Shown piece by piece: positions 1 to 9,344 of a stretch of DNA of 64,000 nucleotides. The notes beneath the pieces were generated by a model. That model searched no databases, was not told the origin of the DNA, and was given only the letters and a program-made list of their open reading frames with translations. The stretch is from Candidatus Obscuribacteraceae bacterium (GTDB lineage: Bacteria > Cyanobacteriota > Vampirovibrionia > Obscuribacterales > Obscuribacteraceae). The stretch lies in the NCBI GenBank assembly GCA_044229845.1, contig JBGASG010000002.1:384001-448000 (forward strand), written 5' to 3'. The position numbers and the translations under genes are program-made. The first letter of the stretch is position 1; the number at the start of each line of letters is the position of its first letter.

Positions 1-189
1 GGCAACCAGGTTATGGCCGTCGGCGTGCAAGTCGGCGGCCACCACGACAGGCTGCCCGGTGACGCGTTTGACGGCAAACTGTCCACAGTCGATTTCCGGA
101 TAGACACCCTCAATGACAACACGGCTGGGCAATTCCATCGCCGACAGCCGGTTTTCGCCAGTCTGCTTGGCAGTACTTGATTTCGTCAT
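1..189 (-). CDS. glgE: Maltosyltransferase GlgE, N-terminal part (truncated by window edge)
   Basis: Manual translation from ATG at 189: MTKSSTAKQ...RVVIEGVYPEIDCGQFAVKRVTGQPVVVAADLHADGHNLVA, matching the GlgE N-terminal pattern RVVIExVxPxxDxGxFxVKR...ADGH. Not in ORF track because it runs off the edge. Confidence 0.8.
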   Translation of the reverse strand, partial: MTKSSTAKQTGENRLSAMELPSRVVIEGVYPEIDCGQFAVKRVTGQPVVVAADLHADGHNLVA

Positions 190-329
190 AAAAGCGCTCC
201 GTCCGCTGCGGACGCAAGATCGTACCATTTGAGGTTCCTGCAGGTCCGGGAAATCAGGGTAAATCCTGGAATCGGTCGTTCCTTGTCCCGCTGTTTCAGC
301 CTTTGGCAACCGGCTAAAGTTCAACTCTA

Positions 330-343
330 AAGCGATATCGCTT
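330..343. promoter_or_regulatory. Palindromic motif copy (AAGCGATATCGCTT)
   Basis: Perfect 14-bp palindrome between divergent glgE and ORF 366-629; related copies at 5503, 5543, 5583, 7308, 63339, 63376. Confidence 0.55.
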
Positions 344-365
344 GAGGTTCGGGAGGACCGGAATC

Positions 366-629
366 ATGACGAAAGCCGATACCAGCTCTTATGCGCGCAC
401 TGTGAAGATTCGTCAGGCGGCAAAACGCTCATTTGTAGCCGCTTTGACCGAACTGGAGCCGGAAGCGCAACACGCAATAGTCAGTGACATCATGCAGGCG
501 AACAATTTGGAATCCACCACGGATGACGCTGCAAGCAGACTCGCCACTCAGGAAACCCGCCTGGATTGGCAAGCGCTCAATCTTGATGAGGGATCGCGCG
601 TCAGTGAAAGTTCGCAAGTGAACGCTTAA
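366..629 (+). CDS. Small hypothetical protein
   Basis: ATG at 366 with GGAGG upstream; 87 aa; no recognisable motif. Confidence 0.55.
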   Translation: MTKADTSSYARTVKIRQAAKRSFVAALTELEPEAQHAIVSDIMQANNLESTTDDAASRLATQETRLDWQALNLDEGSRVSESSQVNA

Positions 630-945
630 CCTGATTGAACAGGTCGGCGAGACGAAGCAGTGCGTCTCGCGAACCGGCCATCTGGTTTTCACGCCCCATC
701 ATCTCCATATCGGCGCTTATTTTTGACATCTCATTAGCGCCAACCGATGCACAGGCACCTTTCAGCTCGTGTGCTGCTGATTTGAGCGCCGCGGCATCTT
801 GTGCAACCACCGCGGCATCCATGCGATTGAGCAGGTCTTCAGTCGAAGAAACGAACGTCTCGACGATGTCCTGTACCGCTTCGGCACCAAAGGATTCCTT
901 CATGTCGTTCAGGGAACTAACTATGCTGGTCGCGTCGGCAGTCAT
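601..945 (-). CDS. Stand-alone Hpt (histidine phosphotransfer) protein
   Basis: AAHELKGACASVGA matches Hpt HxLKGxxxxxGA; 114 aa; GAGG upstream. Confidence 0.9.
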   Translation of the reverse strand: MTADATSIVSSLNDMKESFGAEAVQDIVETFVSSTEDLLNRMDAAVVAQDAAALKSAAHELKGACASVGANEMSKISADMEMMGRENQMAGSRDALLRLADLFNQVKRSLANFH

Positions 946-1159
946 CTCTCGTCCTCGGCTTCTTTAACGCTCTCATAAAATATAGGGACAGGGCAGCCAA
1001 AACATTTGACGCTGTAACTATATCCTATACAGAAATCGCCCGAAGAAATCAGCACAGACTTATTAGGCAGATGACGATCTTGTCAAACAGAAAAACTCGC
1101 GCATCCGGAAACTCTGGTGCCGGAAAACTCGCACAGCGAGGCTCGCACCTCTGGTGGTG

Positions 1160-2062
1160 TCACCCGCCCTGTCCGCCGAACAATTTGTTGACTGCGTTGA
1201 CAGCCGTCGATTGGTAGTAGTTTTCGATGCGGTGTCCCGCCACCATCCCGGCCAGGTTATCGGCTACCAGTCCCGTGCCCACCGAGCCAGCCACAGTAGC
1301 ACCCACCTGTTGCCCCCAGGTACCTTCACGTGTCAGCACATAACCAACGCCGGCACCGATGGCTCCACCGGCGTACTTGACCCACCACGTATCCTGATGC
1401 ACCTGCTGTTTGAAGTAAGCATCATGCATGTAGTAATGCATGGCGTCGCCGTTGGCCACATTGACGGCATCGGTCCACGAGATGCCCGTGTCATCGAAAT
1501 CAGCATGGGCAATCGTTGAGAATTGCGCCTGTGTAGCAGCGAAGACCGACTCGAAATTTGGGCGGTGCGCCTTGGCATAATCACCAACTTCATCCAACGT
1601 GAGATTGCCGTTGCCATTTTCGTCGATCTCTTTGAAGTGGACTTTCAACTCGTGAGCAGCAGCCTTTGCCTCACGCAAACTGGCATCAACCTTGAGTAAT
1701 GTGGAAAGAATGGCCAAGTCGTTATCACTTAAATCAGTCTGCTCCGCTCCATCATCTCCGAGCAACGCCACCGATTGAAAGTTGTCTCGCAGGTATTTGG
1801 CGGTCGGTGAAATATAACGGTCGTCGGAGCCAGCCATCTGATCCAGACCAGCTCTCGACATGGACTTTTGCGGTCGATTGCCTATGAAGTAATCGACCGC
1901 AGAAGGAGTCGGTTTATCCGGTACTGGCAATGCCGCACCGGGAGCCGGACTGTTGTCCGCCACCAGATATGGAATGAGCTTGGCGTGATCGATGTCTGTT
2001 ACAGTCGCCGGAAACAGCGCAGGATGATCTGCGCGCTGCAATGCAGCCGCTTTGTCGCTCAT
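1160..2062 (-). CDS. Hypothetical protein with EF-hand-like loop and C-terminal glycine zipper
   Basis: DENGNGNLTLDE (DxDxDG-like loop); C-terminal AGGAIGAGVG...GATVAGSVGTG hydrophobic Gly-rich segment. Confidence 0.7.
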   Translation of the reverse strand: MSDKAAALQRADHPALFPATVTDIDHAKLIPYLVADNSPAPGAALPVPDKPTPSAVDYFIGNRPQKSMSRAGLDQMAGSDDRYISPTAKYLRDNFQSVALLGDDGAEQTDLSDNDLAILSTLLKVDASLREAKAAAHELKVHFKEIDENGNGNLTLDEVGDYAKAHRPNFESVFAATQAQFSTIAHADFDDTGISWTDAVNVANGDAMHYYMHDAYFKQQVHQDTWWVKYAGGAIGAGVGYVLTREGTWGQQVGATVAGSVGTGLVADNLAGMVAGHRIENYYQSTAVNAVNKLFGGQGG

Positions 2063-2311
2063 GATGAGTTCCCCCAGGAGTCGATGCAGACGAGATTGCT
2101 CTCGCCGGCTCTGCCGTTGCCACCAGGATATGGTCGATCAGATTTACCCTCAGCGACGAATTTCTGGACGCGTTGGCGTTTTCCTCAGTGGGGCTCTCAC
2201 GTATGAGGACGCAAAAGTGCCGCCCCCACGGGCACCCGGGAACCGTCCCGCTGCCTCTTCCGTCACCAAACTCGGCATTGAGGACAACGTAGGGTTTAGT
2301 AGGGTCTATTT

Positions 2312-2776
2312 ATGATCAGTCAATTGAGAGCAATCTGGTGGCTCATCCTGTTGCTCATGCTAATCGGAACGCCCAGCTGGTCTGTCTGTGATCCCGATAC
2401 AGCCATATGCCGAATATCAGCTCACCTGCACGATGCCGAACTCGACATTCGAGCCGGGTCCGGACGCACCACCCAAGCGCAGTTAGATACCGCTGTGTTG
2501 GCTCTGCAGGTCGAGGAAGCGCGACTTTTCTATGCAAAGAAACTCGGTCTGAAAGCAGAAGGTATCGCATCTGAGACCGAGGTGATGAAGGCGCGCCTCG
2601 CCTACGAAAAGAGTCAGCTGCAACTGGCAGCCAAAAGAAACATGGTGAAACAAGCACTGTCCGCGATTCAGAAACAGCGCGGTCTGGCGGACAATCTGTC
2701 GAGCCGGTATCACGCGCAGTTAGCACGCCGAGGCGACCTGCCGCTGCAAGGCAACCAAGATGACATTTTCTATTAA
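2312..2776 (+). CDS. Hypothetical secreted coiled-coil protein
   Basis: Hydrophobic N-terminal signal-like segment, then Ala/Leu/Lys-rich helical sequence. Confidence 0.55.
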   Translation: MISQLRAIWWLILLLMLIGTPSWSVCDPDTAICRISAHLHDAELDIRAGSGRTTQAQLDTAVLALQVEEARLFYAKKLGLKAEGIASETEVMKARLAYEKSQLQLAAKRNMVKQALSAIQKQRGLADNLSSRYHAQLARRGDLPLQGNQDDIFY

Positions 2777-2793
2777 GCACCGTTTCCGGTGGC

Positions 2794-2982
2794 ATGGATG
2801 TCCAGGGAAAAACGCCTGGAGCAATCGATTTACAAGACAAAGAACAGGTGCAAAAGATCTACACCCACAAGCAGGTTCTGGTAGCGCGAATGAAGGCGGC
2901 CGATGCAACCTCCAAAGCTATGGAACTATTGCGCAAAACCGGCGACATGTCGGCGGTTTTGCGCAATGGGTGGCATCGGTAA
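2794..2982 (+). CDS. Small hypothetical protein (62 aa)
   Basis: Starts 17 bp after the previous gene; its 3' end lies in a 40-bp palindrome. Confidence 0.35.
   Translation: MDVQGKTPGAIDLQDKEQVQKIYTHKQVLVARMKAADATSKAMELLRKTGDMSAVLRNGWHR
2928..2967. repeat. 40-bp near-perfect palindrome
   Basis: ATTGCGCAAAACCGGCGACATGTCGGCGGTTTTGCGCAAT: one G/G mismatch, no loop. Confidence 0.85.
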
Positions 2983-3189
2983 AGATGCCGGTGCCAGCGA
3001 ATAGAATCCGCCGAAACAATCAAGCCGACACCATTTCCAGCTGGCCGCCCCGCCTCGTTCATTGCCCGGGACTGTGCTTCGCGCTCGGCGACCGGCGCAA
3101 CCGGCTCGACGCAAGCCAATGAAGTCGGTTAGCCGAGTTCTGTGCAATGGGATAAGAGTGTTCATCCGCTGCGGCAGGTTTCTGGACGC

Positions 3190-3222
3190 GCAAAGAAAAG
3201 AGCCGGGAGGACCCGGCTCTTT
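3190..3222 (-). terminator. Intrinsic terminator of groESL
   Basis: Minus strand AAAGAGCCGGG-tcct-CCCGGCTCTTT followed by TCTTT, just downstream of the groEL stop. Confidence 0.85.
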
Positions 3223-3254
3223 GAGGTCTTTAGGTCTCTACGATCAGCAGGTGT

Positions 3255-4892
<1,638 letters not shown>

Positions 4893-4990
4893 CTACTTCA
4901 ATATGAAGGTAACTCTGTTCAGTTTTTTCAGTTCAGATCAGTTCAGATCGAGTGAATTGGGGTTGAGCGGTATTACCAGCGATGCTTCGA

Positions 4991-5305
4991 CTATGAACCG
5001 AAGACTGCCAGAATGTCGCGCTCAGCCATGATCAGGTATTCAACGCCGTCAATTTTGACTTCGGTGCCCGAATACTTGGCGAACAAAACTTTGTCACCAA
5101 CCTTCAGTTCCATCGGTTGACGGGCGCCCTTGTCGTCGAAACGACCGGGACCAACAGCGAGGACTTCGCCCTGCTGCGGTTTTTCTTTAGCGGTATCCGG
5201 CAGGACGATCCCGCCAGCGGTTTTTTCTTCAGCGTCGAGTTTCTTGACGACGACGCGGTCGGCCAGGGGCTTCAGGTTCAATTTTGTAGCAGATGCAGTA
5301 GCCAA
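4991..5305 (-). CDS. groES: Co-chaperonin GroES
   Basis: [11 protein letters not shown]...[27 protein letters not shown]. Likely TTG start at 5305 after AAGGAGG; the track's ATG at 5335 is the alternative. Confidence 0.98.
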   Translation of the reverse strand: MATASATKLNLKPLADRVVVKKLDAEEKTAGGIVLPDTAKEKPQQGEVLAVGPGRFDDKGARQPMELKVGDKVLFAKYSGTEVKIDGVEYLIMAERDILAVFGS

Positions 5306-5500
5306 TGGTATAACCTCCTTCACGTTGTTATCCATTTCATGCGCGTAAGTGCCGCCACGCCAGTTGAACGAATGCGGAGAGCACTCACTTTTCCATCATG
5401 GAGTTTATCTAGCTAATCGCCATCTATGGGCGGTTTTGCCACTTTTCTTAAGGTTTTTGGGGGTGGCTGAGCAGTGCGCTGAGTCGCCGCTTGTCTACGC

Positions 5501-5600
5501 CGAAGCGATATCACTTGAGCGCGAAGCATCCTGAACAACCCAAAGTGATATCACTTGGGCATGTAGATTCGACGTCCAGCCGAAGCGATATCGCTATCGG
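5501..5600. repeat. Three palindromic motif copies at 40-bp period
   Basis: AAGCGATATCACTT (5503), AAGTGATATCACTT (5543), AAGCGATATCGCTA (5583), separated by unrelated 26-bp spacers. Confidence 0.8.
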
Positions 5601-5602
5601 TG

Positions 5603-7276
5603 CTAGCTGTCGGACTTCTTCTTGCCGGATCCCCACCCGGGCATGGCCCGCATCCAGGGGGCATACTCGGCAGGTACTCCCAACCCGGCCTTCAGCTTTG
5701 ATTGCTTCTCGCTGACAACAGCCAGCTTGGCTTCTCGGGCCAGGTCAGCCCACGCAATCGGTCCGGTTGGAGTTTGAGTTTCTGCCTCGGCCACTTTGAC
5801 CCGGTCACGTCCTTCATACTTGGCTACATCTAGAGCTTCCTCAGCCAGGTTGAGCAACTTGACTGCCGACTCGGCAATCTCCGGGAACGCAGCCATGCCG
5901 ATGGAGACGGTCACCATGCCAATCCCCGGCACGGGATTGCTTTTAATTGTGTGACGCAGACGCTCCGCCACATCGGCGGCATTCTGCTTGGGAGTCTCAG
6001 GCAGCAAGATGGCGAACTCCTCGGCGCCGTAGCGAGCAGGCACATCAATGTCGCGCAGGGCACCCTTAATCACTTTCGCTACATGCCTGATGACTTCGTC
6101 GCCACGCTCCTGTCCGAGCAGTTCGTTGACACGAGACAAATGATCAATGTCCAACAAAAGCAAGGACAGGGAGTGTTTGTGACGGGCAGAACGCTCGATT
6201 TCGCGAGCGAACGCCTCTTCGAAGTGCCATCTGTTGTAGAGGGAGGTGTGGGCATCTTGGATGGTTTGTGCAGTTGCCGACTCGTGGGTGAGCGCCACGT
6301 GCAAAGCCGTGCTTGTCTGAGCGGCAAGCGATTCGAGAAGTTCGAGTTGTTCACGGTGGAACGCCCGTGATTCCTGGGCGAACAGCATGATCACGCCCAG
6401 CGGCTCGTTGCCGGCTACAAGAGGGGTCGCCACCACCGATCCAAATGTGCCACCACCCGGTGCCATCGGCAGGTCACCCGAGTAGGAGCTGGCATCGGAT
6501 ACATATTCGGTCTTGCCGGCCACAAGCGCGCCGCCGGCGATGGTGTTTTCGACATTCAGTTTGAAGGTGTGGAAACTATTGCCGTCCAATCCTTTGAAAG
6601 CAGCCAACGTGAATGTGCGCAACTTCGGATCTACTAAGAGGACAGCGCAATGAGGCGTATTGGCCAGGATCAACGAAGTGTCTGCTGCGATTTGCAGCAC
6701 TTCTGCGATGCGCAGAGTACTTCCGGAAAGTGACACCGAAGTACGGTACAACGTCGCCAAGCGCTCTCGCTCGTATTCGCTGCGTCCAAAAAGGATCGCG
6801 TTGGCGACGGCAATTGCAGTCAAGTCAGCTAGATTCTGGAAAAAGTCCAGTTGGTCGATCAGCGAGATATCGCTGACATCCATCTGCACAGCGCCCACTA
6901 AGAGGTTGCCGGCAATCAGCGGCAGTCCCAACTGAGCGACGGAGTTCTCTCGCTTCATGATTGAGATACTGATATCGGGAGCATCGCCGGCGTGGACAGC
7001 GGCACCCTGACGGCGTTGCACAACGTGCTTCAGCAATGTCTCCGCCGTGAAAGAGAGGATTCGCATCTGCTCGATGGACGCATCGGTATAGCCGTACGCA
7101 TTCATCAACTTGAGGGACAAACTCTCGTTGTCGGAGAGGAAAATCGCTACTTTCGCGCCGCCACCCAGTTCGGCAAACTGCGCCAGCGAAGCTTCCAGAA
7201 CGTCTTTCAATCGCAAGGAAGCAAAGAGTGTCTTCTGCAATGTGAGCAGTCTAGGCAGAAGCGTTTCGGTGATCAT
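5603..7276 (-). CDS. GAF-GAF-GGDEF protein with degenerate active site (GAEEF)
   Basis: Two GAF-like segments, then DAHTSLYNR...LLLDIDH...RDIDVPARYGAEEF. Likely start MITETLL at 7276. Confidence 0.9.
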   Translation of the reverse strand: MITETLLPRLLTLQKTLFASLRLKDVLEASLAQFAELGGGAKVAIFLSDNESLSLKLMNAYGYTDASIEQMRILSFTAETLLKHVVQRRQGAAVHAGDAPDISISIMKRENSVAQLGLPLIAGNLLVGAVQMDVSDISLIDQLDFFQNLADLTAIAVANAILFGRSEYERERLATLYRTSVSLSGSTLRIAEVLQIAADTSLILANTPHCAVLLVDPKLRTFTLAAFKGLDGNSFHTFKLNVENTIAGGALVAGKTEYVSDASSYSGDLPMAPGGGTFGSVVATPLVAGNEPLGVIMLFAQESRAFHREQLELLESLAAQTSTALHVALTHESATAQTIQDAHTSLYNRWHFEEAFAREIERSARHKHSLSLLLLDIDHLSRVNELLGQERGDEVIRHVAKVIKGALRDIDVPARYGAEEFAILLPETPKQNAADVAERLRHTIKSNPVPGIGMVTVSIGMAAFPEIAESAVKLLNLAEEALDVAKYEGRDRVKVAEAETQTPTGPIAWADLAREAKLAVVSEKQSKLKAGLGVPAEYAPWMRAMPGWGSGKKKSDS

Positions 7277-7305
7277 GGCGTCATAGCCTCGACAAGTAGT
7301 AAGTG

Positions 7306-7323
7306 TCAAACGATATCGCTTGA
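7306..7323. promoter_or_regulatory. Palindromic motif copy (TCAAACGATATCGCTTGA)
   Basis: 18-bp palindrome with one mismatch between the divergent GGDEF and HIT genes. Confidence 0.5.
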
Positions 7324-7387
7324 GCGATCCCCGCTGAAGGACCACAAAGTACCATAAACTAAACGCTGGACGAGGGAGGTTTCACAA

Positions 7388-7732
7388 GTGGAGAGAGATT
7401 CCAACTGCATCTTCTGCAAAATCATCAATAAGGAGATCCCTGGCAAATTTGCCCTGGAGAATGAAGAGTATGTCGCGCTTTACGACATCAACCCACAGGC
7501 TCCAACTCACGCTTTGATCATTCCCCGTCAACATGTGAGAAATATCACCGAGTTTAAGGATGCCGCATCGCTCGGCAAGTTGTTCCAGGCAGCGAACGAA
7601 CTTGTGGAAATGCACAAGTTGCAGGATGGCTTCCGGCTGGTCGTAAACACGGGCGACAACGGTGGGCAGACGGTCGATCATTTGCACATTCATTTATTAG
7701 GTGGTCGAGGACTCTCCTGGCCTCCGGGATGA
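7388..7732 (+). CDS. Histidine triad (HIT/Hint) nucleotide-binding protein
   Basis: CIFCKI, DINPQAPTHALIIP, GQTVDHLHIHLLGGR, WPPG terminus; GGAGG RBS with GTG start. Confidence 0.97.
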   Translation: MERDSNCIFCKIINKEIPGKFALENEEYVALYDINPQAPTHALIIPRQHVRNITEFKDAASLGKLFQAANELVEMHKLQDGFRLVVNTGDNGGQTVDHLHIHLLGGRGLSWPPG

Positions 7733-7992
7733 CGACCGGCTTGGGGCGGGGTTCGGCAAAGGTCGACGTAGAGTTTCTTTAGCTTTTATATAGATTTTGC
7801 ACCCCTTAGATATCCCCCGAGAGGCGCAGCCGGTCGCGAAAATCGAACTTTGTAAAGTAGCAACCAAAAGTCCAGTTTTTAACTCTTCCGTGTGGGTATA
7901 AAGAATCCAAGAGGAACGCGTTGCGTTGGAACCCGCCGGAAAACTAACGATTTAGCGTATCCATCACCGGAAACCGGCATGGGAGACGGAAA

Positions 7993-8217
7993 ATGTCTAC
8001 TGCTACACAGCAAAGAGATCAGGTGCTCTGGATGGCCGATTGCTACTCGCTAGCAAAACGCTTTCCGAATCCGCATACCTGGCTGGCGCTGCTCGAGCCG
8101 CTTGAACAGGGCGGCGAGAAGGGCAGAGAGTCCATCAATCCGTTTCACTACTGGCTCTGGATGGAGATCTGGAAGGCAGCGCAACCGGAGAGCGAAGACT
8201 CGCCACTGAATAACTGA
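7993..8217 (+). CDS. Small Trp-rich hypothetical protein (74 aa)
   Basis: GGGAG upstream; terminator hairpin directly after the stop. Confidence 0.7.
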   Translation: MSTATQQRDQVLWMADCYSLAKRFPNPHTWLALLEPLEQGGEKGRESINPFHYWLWMEIWKAAQPESEDSPLNN

Positions 8218-8220
8218 GGC

Positions 8221-8252
8221 AACGGGTCGGCTACGCCGACCCGTTCTTCTTT
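8221..8252 (+). terminator. Intrinsic terminator
   Basis: AACGGGTCGGC-tac-GCCGACCCGTT then CTTCTTT. Confidence 0.8.
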
Positions 8253-8303
8253 AGCGGCCGTTCTTTAGCGGCCGTTCTTTAGCGGCCGTTCTCGTTTGCG
8301 GCC
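8247..8303. repeat. 14-bp tandem repeat
   Basis: TTCTTTAGCGGCCG x3 perfect (8247-8288) plus one degenerate copy. Confidence 0.9.
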
Positions 8304-8312
8304 TTGCATGCT

Positions 8313-9344
8313 CTACGCGCGAGCACTCACAGGCGGATGCACGCAAATGTCGCTTTTGTGTTCTTTATCGTTGTCGACATCACAACAGACAATCGAATCA
8401 ACGACCTGCGCCTTGGCGCCGACGCGGCATCCCGACCAGATCACCGAGTCGCTGACATGCGCGCCGGCTTCGATCACGCAACCGTCACCGACCACGACCG
8501 TGCCACTTAATACGACACCACGGTCGATGCGCGTGCCGCGGCCGATGATCGCTCTGCCTTGAATAGATCCCTCGATAACGGCGCCATCGGCAACGTATCC
8601 ATACGGCTTCTCCGTGCCGGCGATAGCCAGTTTCACACGGCTGTGGGCGGCATCGAAGTTAGATAAGCGGTATTGCTTGAGCGTGCCGACATCCGACCAG
8701 TAAGTGGGGATATCGACTGCCAGAACAGGCAACCCGGCATTGACCAGAGATGGAAACAGTTGGCGTCCAAAGCCGTAGGTACCTTCCTTCGGCATATGGT
8801 CGAAGACTTCCGGTTCCAGCACATAGATTCCGGTGGAGGCATTTTTTGAAAGCGCGTCCTCTGCTTTGGGTTTCTCCTGAAAGCCTTTAATAAAGCCATC
8901 GGCATCGGTCACCACCACGCCGAATTGGCTGACGTCGTCCACTTGTTTCGTGCCGATAGAGGCCAGCGCGCGCTTGCGTTTGTGTTCGGCGATGATGTTA
9001 GTCAGGTCGGCATCGGTGAGCAGATCGCCCATCAGAATTATGCAGGTGTCGTCGCCCAGGAAGTCGCGGCAGGCCCGCACTCCGCCTGCGTCGCCGGTCA
9101 GCTCCTTCTCTTCTTTGAAGTGCAGCTGCACACCAAATTCGCTGCCATCGCCGAAGTAGTCGCGAATCATGTCTGGAAGATAATGCAGGTTGGCAGCGAT
9201 GTCGGTGATGCCATGTTTCTTCAACAGATTGATGATGTGCTCCATCACAGGGCGGTTGGCAACCGGCACCAGCGGCTTGGGGACTTGTCCGGTGACCGGA
9301 TCTAAACGGGATCCTACGCCGGCCGCCAGAACCATTGCTTTCAT
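8313..9344 (-). CDS. NDP-sugar pyrophosphorylase (mannose-1-phosphate guanylyltransferase-like)
   Basis: MKAMVLAAGVGSRLDP...PKPLVPVANRP, FQEKP, YWSDVGT and C-terminal hexapeptide repeats. Confidence 0.93.
   Translation of the reverse strand: MKAMVLAAGVGSRLDPVTGQVPKPLVPVANRPVMEHIINLLKKHGITDIAANLHYLPDMIRDYFGDGSEFGVQLHFKEEKELTGDAGGVRACRDFLGDDTCIILMGDLLTDADLTNIIAEHKRKRALASIGTKQVDDVSQFGVVVTDADGFIKGFQEKPKAEDALSKNASTGIYVLEPEVFDHMPKEGTYGFGRQLFPSLVNAGLPVLAVDIPTYWSDVGTLKQYRLSNFDAAHSRVKLAIAGTEKPYGYVADGAVIEGSIQGRAIIGRGTRIDRGVVLSGTVVVGDGCVIEAGAHVSDSVIWSGCRVGAKAQVVDSIVCCDVDNDKEHKSDICVHPPVSARA

Noticed and set aside
233..275. CAGGTCCGGGAAATCAGG resembling SRP RNA helix 8
   Set aside because: Lacks the GGAAGGAAGCAG half and the long flanking stem.
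5345..5390. CIRCE-like half sites (GAGTGC/GCACT) upstream of groES
   Set aside because: Halves are in the wrong order and spacing for TTAGCACTC-N9-GAGTGCTAA; at most a 5'-UTR hairpin.
5501..5600. Mini-CRISPR interpretation of the 40-bp array
   Set aside because: Repeats are only 14-18 bp and degenerate, there are three units, no cas genes, and single copies occur elsewhere.
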